Positions 26,601 to 38,600 of a DNA stretch of 64,000 nt are shown here, piece after piece. Every line of letters starts with the position of its first letter. Position 1 is the stretch's first letter. The DNA lies in NCBI GenBank assembly GCA_034780895.1, contig JAUZTB010000094.1, forward strand, positions 2,023,246 through 2,087,245. The letters are read 5' to 3'. Below the pieces are notes generated by a model. That model did no database searches and was not told where the DNA came from. It saw only the letters and a program-made list of their open reading frames with translations. The position numbers and the translations under genes are program-made. This stretch comes from Rhynchobatus australiae. Lineage: Eukaryota.

Positions 26601-29600
26601 GGGCAGGAGATAGGCTGGGACAAGACCAAAGGCACATTTAAACAAGCCTGACAATTTTAAAATTGTGGCATTGTTTTACTGGGAGCATCTGGTGAATGGA
26701 ANNNNNNNNNNNNNNNNNNNNNNNNNNNNNNNNNNNNNNNNNNNNNNNNNNNNNNNNNNNNNNNNNNNNNNNNNNNNNNNNNNNNNNNNNNNNNNNNNNN
26801 NGGTGAGTGGTAGAATCGTGGGGGAGTTGTTGGGAATGCGGGGAGAATAAAATGGGATTAGTTTAGGATTTAAGGGATTTCTAGGAGGGGTGGGGGGAAG
26901 AGAGGGGAGAGAATTCCAGGGCAGGGCAGATGCCACTGGTGGAAACAGGATAATTAAGAGGTCAGAATGTGCTATGGTTAAGTATAGTAATTTCTAGGGT
27001 CAGGACATGTTCGACACAGCTTTGTGGCCCAAAGGGCCTGAATTGTGCCGTAGTTTTTCTATGTTCTATGTTCAGAATGAGAGGAGCACAAAGCTATTGG
27101 ACTATTATAGGGCAGGAGATAGGCTGGGACAAGACCAAAGGGATATTTAAACAAGCCTGACGATTTTAAAATTGAGGCGTTGTTTTACTGGGAGCATCTG
27201 GTGAATGGAACAGGGTGTGAGATAGGACCCGGGGCAGCAGCATTTTGGGTGACCTCAGGGTTACAAAGGGCGGAGCGAGGGAAGCAGGCCAGCAGAGGTT
27301 GGACTAGCAGAGCCTGGAGGGGACAAATACACGGCTGAGGAGGGGGCACAGACTGGTGATGTTATTGAGGTGGAATATCCCTAACAGAAACAGTAATTGA
27401 AGGAGCATCTCCCCCTTGGCCAGGGGGAGTGATGTCACTGGCCACATAATCTAGACCGAGCTTTTAACATCAGCCTCCTCTGGCGTAACAGGCACTGGCT
27501 CTGCCACTTCATGACGCAGTTTGTTGGAGCCTCAGCTCTTACAGACATTGTGGAAAATTGTTTATTAACAGCTTTATTAATATTAATTCTTTCCCACTAA
27601 ATGGATTAAATGTATTGGAGAGGATGCGGTGACTAATGTGGGCTGGAACACCAATGTCTCCATTTACTTGAAACCAGTGAACAGTCCTGACAATCAGGCT
27701 TCACATGTTGGCTGCATTTGACATTCATATTAAAATAGGTCAATTCATTTAATTAAATCATAATATTTAAAAAAAATATGCATTCGTGCTCTTCAAGGTA
27801 AAGGACATCAGGACTAGTAATGGAAAATTATTCATTTCATGCACAGTCTCAGCATCACTCAGTCCCAGGGCAAGGATGTGGGTCAGACACATGGTGAAGC
27901 TCCTTCCGCACCATCTTGTCACACACTCCCAGGGTCAGACACACAGTGATGCTCCCTTTTCACTGTCCCATCACACACTCTCAGGGTCAGACACAGGGTG
28001 AATCTCCCTCCACACCATCCCATCACACACTCCCAGGGTGAGACACAGTGTGAAGCTCCTTCTATACTGTCCTGTCTCACACTCCCAGGGTTAGACACAA
28101 AGTAAAGATCTTTCTATACTGGAGACACAAGAGACTGCAGATGCTTGAATCTGGAGCAAAAAACAAGGGACTACACCTCTTCCCACTCTACTGTAAGGAT
28201 GCCATCCCTTTCTCCCAGTTTCTACTGCATCTGCTCCCAAGATGAAGCCTTCCATTCCAGGACATCTGAGATGTCCTCTTTTTTCAGGAAGCATGACTTC
28301 CCTTCTACTGTGGTTGATGGAGCTCTCACCTGCACCTCCTCTACTNNNNNNNNNNNNNNNNNNNNNNNNNNNNNNNNNNNNNNNNNNNNNNNNNNNNNNN
28401 NNNNNNNNNNNNNNNNNNNNNNNNNNNNNNNNNNNNNNNNNNNNNNNNNNNNNNNNNNNNNNNNNNNNNNNNNNNNNNNNNNNNNNNNNNNNNNNNNNNN
28501 NNNNNNNNNNNNNNNNNNNNCTTTCCACCTTCTGCTGAGACCACTCTGTGATCCCCTGGTCTGCTCATCCCTCCCTATCCACCCCTCCCTGACCCCTGGC
28601 ACTTTCCCCTGCAACTGTAGGAGGTCCAACACTTGTTCTTATGCCTCTTTCTTCACCTCCATCCAGTGACCTGAACAGACCTTACAGGTGAGGCAAATTT
28701 TCATGTGCACTGCCTCCAACCTCATCTACTGGTGCTCCCGATGTGGCCTTCTCTATATCGGTTTGTAGAACATCTGCGCTCTGAATGGCCATCCCAAGCT
28801 CCTGGTTCAACTCCCCTTCCTGTTCCCACACACTCCCAGGACATGGTTTAGACACTGTAAAGCCCTGTCTGCATTGTTCCAACACAGACTCCCAGGGCAG
28901 GGACAGTACGGGTGGGACACCAAGTAAAGCCCCCACAACATTGCCCTGGTAGTGTATAATAGGACAGAGATAGCATAGGTCAGATGCAGAATAAGGTTCC
29001 CTCTACACTTTTAGTGCAGGGTCAGTACAGGCTAGACACAGAGTAAAGTTCCCTCATGTTGTCCCGTCACACACTTGCAAGACAGGTGCAGCACAGTTTA
29101 GATACAATATAAAATCTCTGTTTACATTGTCATAACAAAGTGCCCAGTTAGGATGTTCCTACCTCTGCAATATTTTCCCACCATGGACATTTATCCTTTG
29201 TGCTGTAGGAATGAGTGTAAATTGCCTTCAGAGCTCTCCCTCCCTTGATGCTCAGTGTTGGGCAGTGTGGATGGTGAATGGCACAAGCTGCTTCTTTGGG
29301 CTCCTGCATATGGTACAGAGAAAGAGAAGGGCTAAAGATTAACAAACACAAACCTTTAGCACTGTAATTGTTTCTCAAAGCTACGTATACATTGATGTGA
29401 ATATTTATTCCTGTTGTAAATGTCTGTGTTTCCCCATCTCAGGAGCATGAACAGCTGTCTACCAGTGTGTCTGAACTAAGCTGTCAGATTGAGAAGCTCA
29501 GTAAGGTGAGTGAATGTAGAATGTACCAGCTCAGCAGCAGGTCATTTATCCCTTTAAATCTGTGTCTCTGTTTTACAGTCTTCACATGAGCAATGTGTTT

Positions 29601-32600
29601 TAATCCCAACCTCTTGCTTGCTTGTCTTTTAATATTCCTCAAGAATGTTTATAATTCGCTCTTTAAACTAGTCAAGACTCTGCTTTGGATACACTCGGTG
29701 ACTTGAGAATTCTGTGTCCTAAGCTCCCAGTCCAGTGGAACTAACACTACTGTTTACTTTCGCTGATCTTGCTAGTTTATCAGATCAACCATCAGCCTTC
29801 CAAAAGCAGAAAAACAGCCACATCTTCTCAAGCTGCCCTTTGTAACAGTAATCTGCCACCCCCTGATAATGACCTGGGTCATTCTCCATTGATTCTATAT
29901 CCTTCCTATAATGGGGGCCTCAAAAGTTCACCCTGTATCCCAGCTGCAGCCTAAGGCCTTGGGGCAAGTTAAACATCACTTCCATGCCTTTTTATTCCTT
30001 GGACTAAAATTGAGATTTGTTCCTTTTTCCCTCTGAATTATAACTTTTATTGACCAACAGACAAGTTGCTTCTTTTCCATCTGAAATATCCTTTCACTTC
30101 CATCCTCTATGCATGTGCTCGCCAGTCTTCCCACATCACATGCTCATTACCACAAGGTGCCAAATCATAAGCAAATTTGTTTTTTTTTTCACCTTAAATG
30201 TCAACCCAGATCAATTGCATATACCATGAATGAGAATAGATCTGACACACAGCCCTGACAGACACTGCTCACCATATCTCAACACTTGCCTTTATTCCTA
30301 CATCTTGCTTTTAGCATACTGACCACCTCTTTCAAACAGCTATTTACTATATGTTTATATTTTGTTTTTAACATGGAAACAAGTCCCAAGATGCTTCACA
30401 GGAGTGCTAACAAACTAAATCTGACACTGAGCCACATGATTTGCTCAGGAAGGTTATGAAACATATGGTCAAAGAAGGAGATTCTACACAGAGGAAGAAG
30501 GAGGATGGCAGGGCTGGAGATAGGGTTGGCCAACAGCACAGAGGGATTTTTAAACAAGGCTGAGAGTTTTAAACAAGGCTGTAGGTTAGCAAGCACAGGG
30601 CTGCTGGGTGATGAGTCGAGTTAAGACACAGGCAGCAGAGTTTTAGAGATTTGAGTTTACTGAAGGTAAATTCCTGGCTGGCCAGGAGTGTGTAAATTCT
30701 ATGTGCTGTAATCAAGAGCCTCTTGAAAGCCTTTCTCTTCAGCATGTGTTCAGCAGGTGTCCGTCAGTGCTCCCCAGACACACACATGTTGAATTTGATC
30801 TCTTTTGCCTCCAGACCGCTTTCTCCACCTTGTAAAGTGCTCAGATATATTGCCCTGAGTATGCAGGAGCTCAATAGCACTATATGTCACTGCTGTTTGG
30901 TAACGATTGCCACAACTGCTTGTTTCCATAGCGACAAATCTTTTTTGCACGGAAGCTGCTTCAATTCTCTCAGAAACTACGTGCCTTGTTATTGGGGCGG
31001 GACCGCTTCAGGCGTCGCTACTGGGTTTTTCCTCACCTTAGTGGCGTGTTCGTGGAAGGTTCTGAGGAATTGGCAGGTAAGGCTCAGAATCCTTGCACTT
31101 CTGCGAGAGATGGTTCAGTCACAGAGAACATACAGTTTCTGTTCCAGGGAAGCTCCCGTCTTGACACTCAGAGCATTAGAAGCGAAGAATGCCATTGGCC
31201 TTTTTCTACTTCCTAATGACTTACTGTACCTGCACGTTAACTTTCAGTGATATGTATGTAGGAATACCCAGGTCCCTCTGATCACCAACACCTTTCCTTT
31301 TCTGAGACACAAGAAATTCTGCAGATGCTGGAATCCCACCACACCAACTGGGCAGTGNNNNNNNNNNNNNNNNNNNNNNNNNNNNNNNNNNNNNNNNNNN
31401 NNNNNNNNNNNNNNNNNNNNNNNNNNNNNNNNNNNNNNNNNNNNNNNNNNNNNNNNNACCACACCAACTGGGCAGTGTAAATTCAAGTACCGAAATAAAT
31501 CTGGAATAAAATGCTTGTGTCAGTAATGGTGACCCTGAAACTTCAGGGTCTGCCCTTTAGAATTAGAGTTGTACCATACAGAAACAGGCTCTTCAGTCCA
31601 CCACATCCATGCTGTCCCTGCCCCTATCCCCACCAATCCCATTCACCCGCATTGGATCCGTAAGGGGAAGAATCATGCTATTTTTCCAGATGAGTGAGCA
31701 GTGGCTAACTCTTAATCTCCCCTGAAATAGCCCAGAAAGACACACTGTTCAACGTTAATGGAAAACAAATAAAGCTGCAGATGCTGGAATCTGAAACAAA
31801 AACAGAAAATGCTGGAAGAATTCAGCCAGTCAGTCAGGCATCTGTGGAAAGAGAAACCAGTCAACATTTCAGGTTGAAGACCCTCAGGAAGGGTCCCTGA
31901 CCTGAAGTGTTAACTGTCTTCTCTTTTCACAGATATTGCTTAACTGGCTGAGTTCTTCCAGCATTTTCTGTTTTTGACACTGTTCAACACGTTAATGTTA
32001 AGGACGGATACTAAGCACTGTGGAACCCATTCAGACTGTTGTGGTGTAACTCTGATGACGCCTTGTTGCTGTTGCTCTCCACCAGCCACTGAAGAGGGGA
32101 ACGTGGAAAAGAACCAGCCCCAGCATCTCGAGAGCGTCCCAGTTAAAGTGCACGTGGGTGATACGCTGAGTGTGAAACCCAGCACTCCGGTTAGGCCAAA
32201 GGATGACCAGCGAAGGAAGTGCGAGGCCAACCCGGCTGCCCTGGAAAGCCCAAAACGGCAGCAGGCAAGCGTCAAATGCGGCAGCGGTTTGCAGCAGGAG
32301 GCACCTCCTGCTAGCCAGCCTCACTCGAACCTTGAACAGTTGGCTGTGTTCTTAGCGTGGCTGAGCGTCCTGCAGAATTCTGTGTCTGACCTCTCCATCC
32401 CAACACCTCAGTGCAGCACCAGCAAAGACAGCCTGGCTGCCTTCTCCCCGGAGGTCCTGCTGGCCAGCAACCGCAAGCTGTTTGATCTCAGCGTTCCAAA
32501 CTCAGAACAAAAGGTCAAGGACTGTGCTGAGAAGCAAGGGCAGTGGTTCAGCCTTCTCCCTAGAATCCCCTGCGACACCTCTTCTGTTACCCAACTCCCA

Positions 32601-35600
32601 ACTTATCCACAACCAGCACTACAGCATCAGTCCCACTTTGTGGACTCGGATCCAAATGGACTGGACTGTGGTCCACTGCAGCCGCCTGCCGCTGCACAGG
32701 TACGTGGTTTGTTTCCTTGGGTTGGGGAGGCCAGGAAGGAGGTGGATCTTAAACTTGGATGTTGGAACGGTTCGTGTGGTCAGGTTGGCTGCATTCAGCA
32801 CACCCTTTTGCCCCTGAGTCTTGACTGGAAGATGTGCCGATTGACATCTGTCAAGGTGCCAGATGTGGGCCACCTCAATCCAGTTGGAGACTGAGCCAGA
32901 CCTCAGCACCATGCGAGAATCGCAACAACTGCAGATGCTGGAAACCTGAAATAAAAACAGAGAATGTTGGAAACACTCCGCAGGTCAGGCAGCATCTGTG
33001 GAGAGAGAAACCAGTCAACGTTTGAGGTCTGGGACCGGGCATCTTCAGCCAGGCATCCGGACAACCCTGTTCAACTGGGCATCTTCAAGCTTCACACGCA
33101 TCTGTTTGTTGCTCACTTCATTCACCTTTCCTCTCTCTTGCAGCCATTTACGGAGGCCCCATTTGATACACAGTTCATAGACCCTCTGATCCTCGACCCT
33201 GCTTCTGGGACCTCAGGCTCCACCTTTCCCCAAGCTAAAACCCCCACGACCAAGGAAAAGGTCAAGCCTCATCCGACTGAAGGCCTTCCTCAGGCTGAGA
33301 GTCCTTGGCCGTGGATACCTAAACGACGTGGGCGGCCATCAAAATTCCTGAAGGAGTTCAGTCAGTGCCAATTGAAGCCAATTCCACCAGGTGAGATTTG
33401 TTGGGAGTGTTAGGGCTCCCACCCAGTCAGGTTTTGTTAGGGGAGAAATATGTGGAACATGCCTCAGGAAACCTTGTGTTCTTGTTCTGCTTTTAACCTT
33501 TGACAGAAAAATCCATGGTCAAAAAGGCTGTTTTATAAAAAGTGGATCCTTTACCAAAACCCCCAAGTGATTACATGGATCATCATTCCCACAAAGTACA
33601 AGTCTTGTGTTAACCGTAAATTTAATCTTTATGCAAACCCATTTACCTCTTGAATACTTCAATATTACCCATACCCCACATCCATCAATGTGGCCCTACC
33701 ACTCTTCTCCCTCTTTAACTCAACCCACACTGACTCTGTTTGCGCAAGTGAAGAATAGTTAAGATGTAATTTAATTTTGGTGCAGAAACAGTGTCATAAA
33801 GAGTGAGATATTTGTTGATTGTTTTGTGGATGATTCTTGACATTAAATTACAGCCGTTCACTTACTTGCAGTCACTTGTTGATTAAAATAAATCTTGGTT
33901 TCCCTAAAATGACAGAAAATTGTGCTAAGGACCAGTAGGGTACAGTACTAGACAGTCATTAACCAGGCAATTGATATGATATAATGCTGCTGTTAAGCCA
34001 TACTCTTTGGCTAATGAGCCCATATGATAGGGGTAATTTTGCATGTCTCTGTTCTAGCATTAACCAGAGAATGAGACCGAGGCAGGGGAACTGTTATCTG
34101 CACTCATAACTGTTGAGGTCAAGGCTGTAGGCTGCAAGTGGAACCTTACAAACTGATTGTAACCATCAATATTAATTGAATTACTTGCATACCTTGAGCA
34201 CCTTCCACCACCACAGGATGTCCCAAAGCACTTCACAGGCGAGGAAGCACTTTTTGAAGTGTTGTAATGTCAGAAATGCAGCAGCCAACTTGTGCACAAC
34301 AAGCTCCCACAAACAGCAATGTAATCAGTTTTAGTGATCGAAATGCAAAATACTATACTGAAATCTGAAATAAACACTCAGCAGGTCAGGCAGCATCTGT
34401 GGAGAGAGAAACAGAATCAACAATTAGTACCTGACCTGCTGAGTATTCCAGCATATTTTGTTTTTATCTCCGTTTCACTGATGTTGATTAAGGGTAAGTG
34501 TTGGCCCCAGGACACTGGGGAGAACTCTTCTGCCTGTCTTCAAAATAATGTGTTGGGTTCCCTTATCTCCTGTTGAGAGTTTAGTATTTCATTCAAAACA
34601 CAGCCCCTCCAACAGCCTTCCCCCACCAACCTTAGCAGGGGATTTGACGCTGTAACCTCTGCAGTGGGCTTTGAATCCACAAGGTTCTTTTTCAGCCTGC
34701 TTGTATGTAATTCCTGGTTCAACTTTCCTTCACACATAGTTGCTAATATTTGTTATAAAACTCCATGCTCTGTGAGCACCAGCAGAGGTGATAAGCCGTT
34801 ATATAAATCAGTTATAAAACCTGTTTGCTGTTCAGTGTTGCTGTGAAATTACAGAATATTTCACAAAAAAATTGTTGTTTCTTTAACCCACTTTGCTTGA
34901 ATGATTTTGGTCCATTCGGTAAAGCAGCCAAACTCAAAGCTTTGTACCAAGCCCACCACTGCAGATCCATGTTGTTAGAACTCACTCTATTGGATGCCAG
35001 TGGTAGTGCAGCTCTTTAACATGTTGCCAGCTATCTTTGAATTGATGGTAAATCCACCCACTTAATATCCACTTAGTATTTCTCTCAAGCGAAATTTGGC
35101 TTTGGCTTTTAAAGGATTTTTTTTTCTACGGAAATAAATATTTAGTATGCTTAGAAACCACAGTAGGACTATGTGGAACATCGCAATTACTGGCTGAACT
35201 TCCGACAGTATTTATGTCTCATTTAAACACATTGAAACATCAACACTGAAACCAGACAAAATGCAGACACTGTATGTGTAATGTCAAAAGTCCATCTGAG
35301 TCTCTGTGAACACTTTTCTCCACCAGAAATAGTCTTTAATGTCTCTCCAAAATTCCACTTTTGCTGGAAAAGGAAACTGGATAAATGCTTAGTGGAGGAA
35401 AAGTTTATAGGACTGTGGGTGAGCGATTGGGATTAGGATTCATTTGTCGACTCAAGGAGCCAGTACAGGCACAATGAGTCAAATGCCCATCTTCCCAGCT
35501 GTCTAATTGTATGAGTGCAAGATCATCTTTCCTGTAGGCAAAGAGTCACCCTGTACACTCATATTGTCTTTGATGCCTGAACTGTACAGCTTGGAAATTA

Positions 35601-38600
35601 TACAGTTCCTGCCTGTAACAATGACGGCTGTCACTCCTAATCTCACTTGAAAATACATTAGCTCCAGCAAGGCCCTTCAAATATTTCTCTAGCTGTAACA
35701 GTCAACAATCAAATGAGTCAGGAATCTCCACAACTTAATTAGCCCACTATCTGAAGGCATCAGCTTGCTGTGCTCAGCCTTTCATTCATCCTGGGTGTCT
35801 GAAACCTGGGCAGCTGCATTTGGTTTTGCAAACCAGCCTGCTTACAATTTAAATCGCTCATGCAAGCTTTGGAATTGAATGGTTACATCTCAAAGCCTGT
35901 ACCACGATTAGAGGAGCACGGATCTGGAGCTGCACTCTTACTAATCACATGTGGTCTTGTGTCTTTTGTAGAGATGCAGAAAGGCTGGTGGCACATTGGC
36001 AGCCCTGAGGAGCTGAATTGCCTGCTCAAAGTGCTTCATCCACGGGGGATACGGGAAAAGGCCTTACACAAACAGCTCCTCAAGCACATGGACTATGTCA
36101 ATCAAGCCTGCATGAGGGATAACACAGGTAGGGCTCTGTGTCTCTGATTACTGGACAGGATTGTATAAATCTGTAGTAAAATAACTCATTCAAACAGAGA
36201 GGTTTACTCTGACGGTAAAAGGTGATGTTTTCTCAATGAGAGAACATAGAACAGTACAGTACAGGAACAGGCCCTTCAGCCCACCACATCTGCGCTGACC
36301 ATAATGCCAATTTAAACTAATCTCATCTGCCTGCACACAGACTAGATCCCTCTATTCCCTACCTGATCATGTGCCTGTCTAAATTCCTCTTAAACATTGT
36401 TTTCGTAACTGCCTCTATAACCTCCCCTGGCAGCCCATTCCAGATACCTACCACTATCTGTGTAAAAAAAAAATCTTGCCTTGCTAAACTCCTTTAAACT
36501 CTCCCCTTCTCACCTTAAACCTATGACCTCTTGTACTTGACACTTCCACTCTGGGAATAAGACACTATCTATCCTAATCTGCCTCTCATAATTTTATAAA
36601 CTTCTATCAGATCGCCCCTCAGCCTTTGACTCTCCAGAGAAAACAATCCAAACTAGTCTAACCTTACAGCTAATACACTTCAATCCTAGCAATATCCCGG
36701 TAAACCTCTTCTGCACCCTCTCTAAAGCCTCCACATCCTTCCTATAGTGTGGAGACCAGAAGTGCACACAGTGCTACAAATGTGGCCTAAACTCCATGTG
36801 CCATTTCTCCATCCAATTTTCCAGCTGATTGTACCCTGCTGTATCCTTCCACAACTTTCCTTGTTATCCTCAACTCCACTAATTTTCGAGTCATCTGCAA
36901 ACTTACTAAACAGACCACATAAATTTTCATCCAAATCGTTAATAAATAATCACAAACACCGAGGACCCAGCAATGATCACAGACCTCCAGCTGAGATTCA
37001 ATGGGTTACTCACCCTTCTGGCTTCTGATATGCAGACCTGGACATTGAATGTTAGTAGCTTATTTGACTGGGGAGGGCCCAGTCCTGAATGTAGTAAATG
37101 TGCACACTATACACCAGCCAGGAAGCAATCAGAAGCTAAACATGTGGCTGATTTTCTCTTGACCTAACAGTGTTGAGTGCATTGTAGCCCTGCCTCAAGT
37201 TTGTTAACCTGACTTATGTCCCTGTTTTCTTCTCCTGCTCAGATATCCTCTTCAGCAACAATAACGAGGAACAGCTAGTTACCAAGGAAATGGTGGAGAA
37301 CTGGAAACCAGAGAAGTGGGCGATTTTAGCTGACCTCGAGGTCCTTCAGTACCTTGAGGAACTGGAACAGAGGGTGATATCTGCCAGTCTGCAGGTGGAG
37401 GTGCTGACAAACACTGTATATTACCAAATGGAGATCAACCAGTCACACACTGACTGACACTGGGCCAGCACACACTGCCCTCACCCTTCCCTTGCACCAG
37501 CACATAGGCCTAATTGATTCAGAATTCTCTCTTCCACAGTCAAAGTTGCATCAGTGTCACAGTAGTGCAGCTGGTGGAGCTCCTTTAACCCAGGTTCAAT
37601 CCCAACCTCTGATGGTGTCTGTCTGTGTGGAGTTTGCACATTCTCCTTGTGACCATGTGGATTTCCCCCCGGTGCTCCGGTTTTATAAGAGATATCTTTT
37701 AGTCACATGTACATTGAAACACACAGTGAAATACATCTTTTGCGTTGAGTGTTCTGGGGGCAGCCCGCAAGTGTTGCCACGCTTCTGGCACCAACATAGC
37801 ATGCCCACAACTTCCTAACCCATACGTCTTTAGAATGTGGGAGGAAACCGGAGCACCTGGAGGAAACCCACGCAGACACGGGGAGAATGTACAAACTCCT
37901 CAGTTTGTCTGCTTTATCACAGAGTATCACATAGCAGACTGATGTAAGAAACAGAAAGTTGTAATAGTAGGGGATTTTAACTTCCCACATATTGACTGGG
38001 ACTCCCACACTGTGAAAGGGCTGGATGNNNNNNNNNNNNNNNNNNNNNNNNNNNNNNNNNNNNNNNNNNNNNNNNNNNNNNNNNNNNNNNNNNNNNNNNN
38101 NNNNNNNNNNNNNNNNNNNNNNNNNNNAGACAGTGGCCGGAATTGAACCTGGGTCGCTGGCGCTGTAATAGTGTCATGCTAACCGCTACACTACCGCCCC
38201 TGTTCTCTCCCACATACCAACGACGTGCGGGTCGGTGGGTTAATTGGCTGCTACAAATTGCCCCCAGTGTGTGGGTGAGGGGTAGAATCTCGGAGGACTT
38301 GGAGAATGTGAGGAGAATAAAATGGGATTAGTTTAAATGAGTGATGGATGGTCAGCACAGACTTAATGGGTCGAAGGGCCTGTTCCCGTGCTGTAAGATT
38401 GCATTGCTTCCAACACGGCCACAACTCCCCTTTTATTTTGAACCTTTTTTTGACATGGCAAAATGTCCCTTGGGACTTCCCAGTTGAGTGTTGGACATCG
38501 GCAGAAGGAGCAGCAGAGATATGGCCACAAACATGGTCACCAGGAGAATTTTGAAGGCGAGGCAAGATGGAGCCATGTGGGAGGGAGTTCCTGACCGTCT

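Noticed and set aside
26500-27210. Near-identical direct repeat of about 190 bp (26520-26700 versus about 26925-27210)
   Set aside because: It straddles a 100-N gap within an L2-like fragment, so it is probably haplotype or overlap redundancy from scaffolding.
31337-31477. accacaccaactgggcagtg repeated on both sides of a gap (similar case at 46517-46676)
   Set aside because: Typical unmerged contig overlap or collapsed repeat; cannot be called a TSD.
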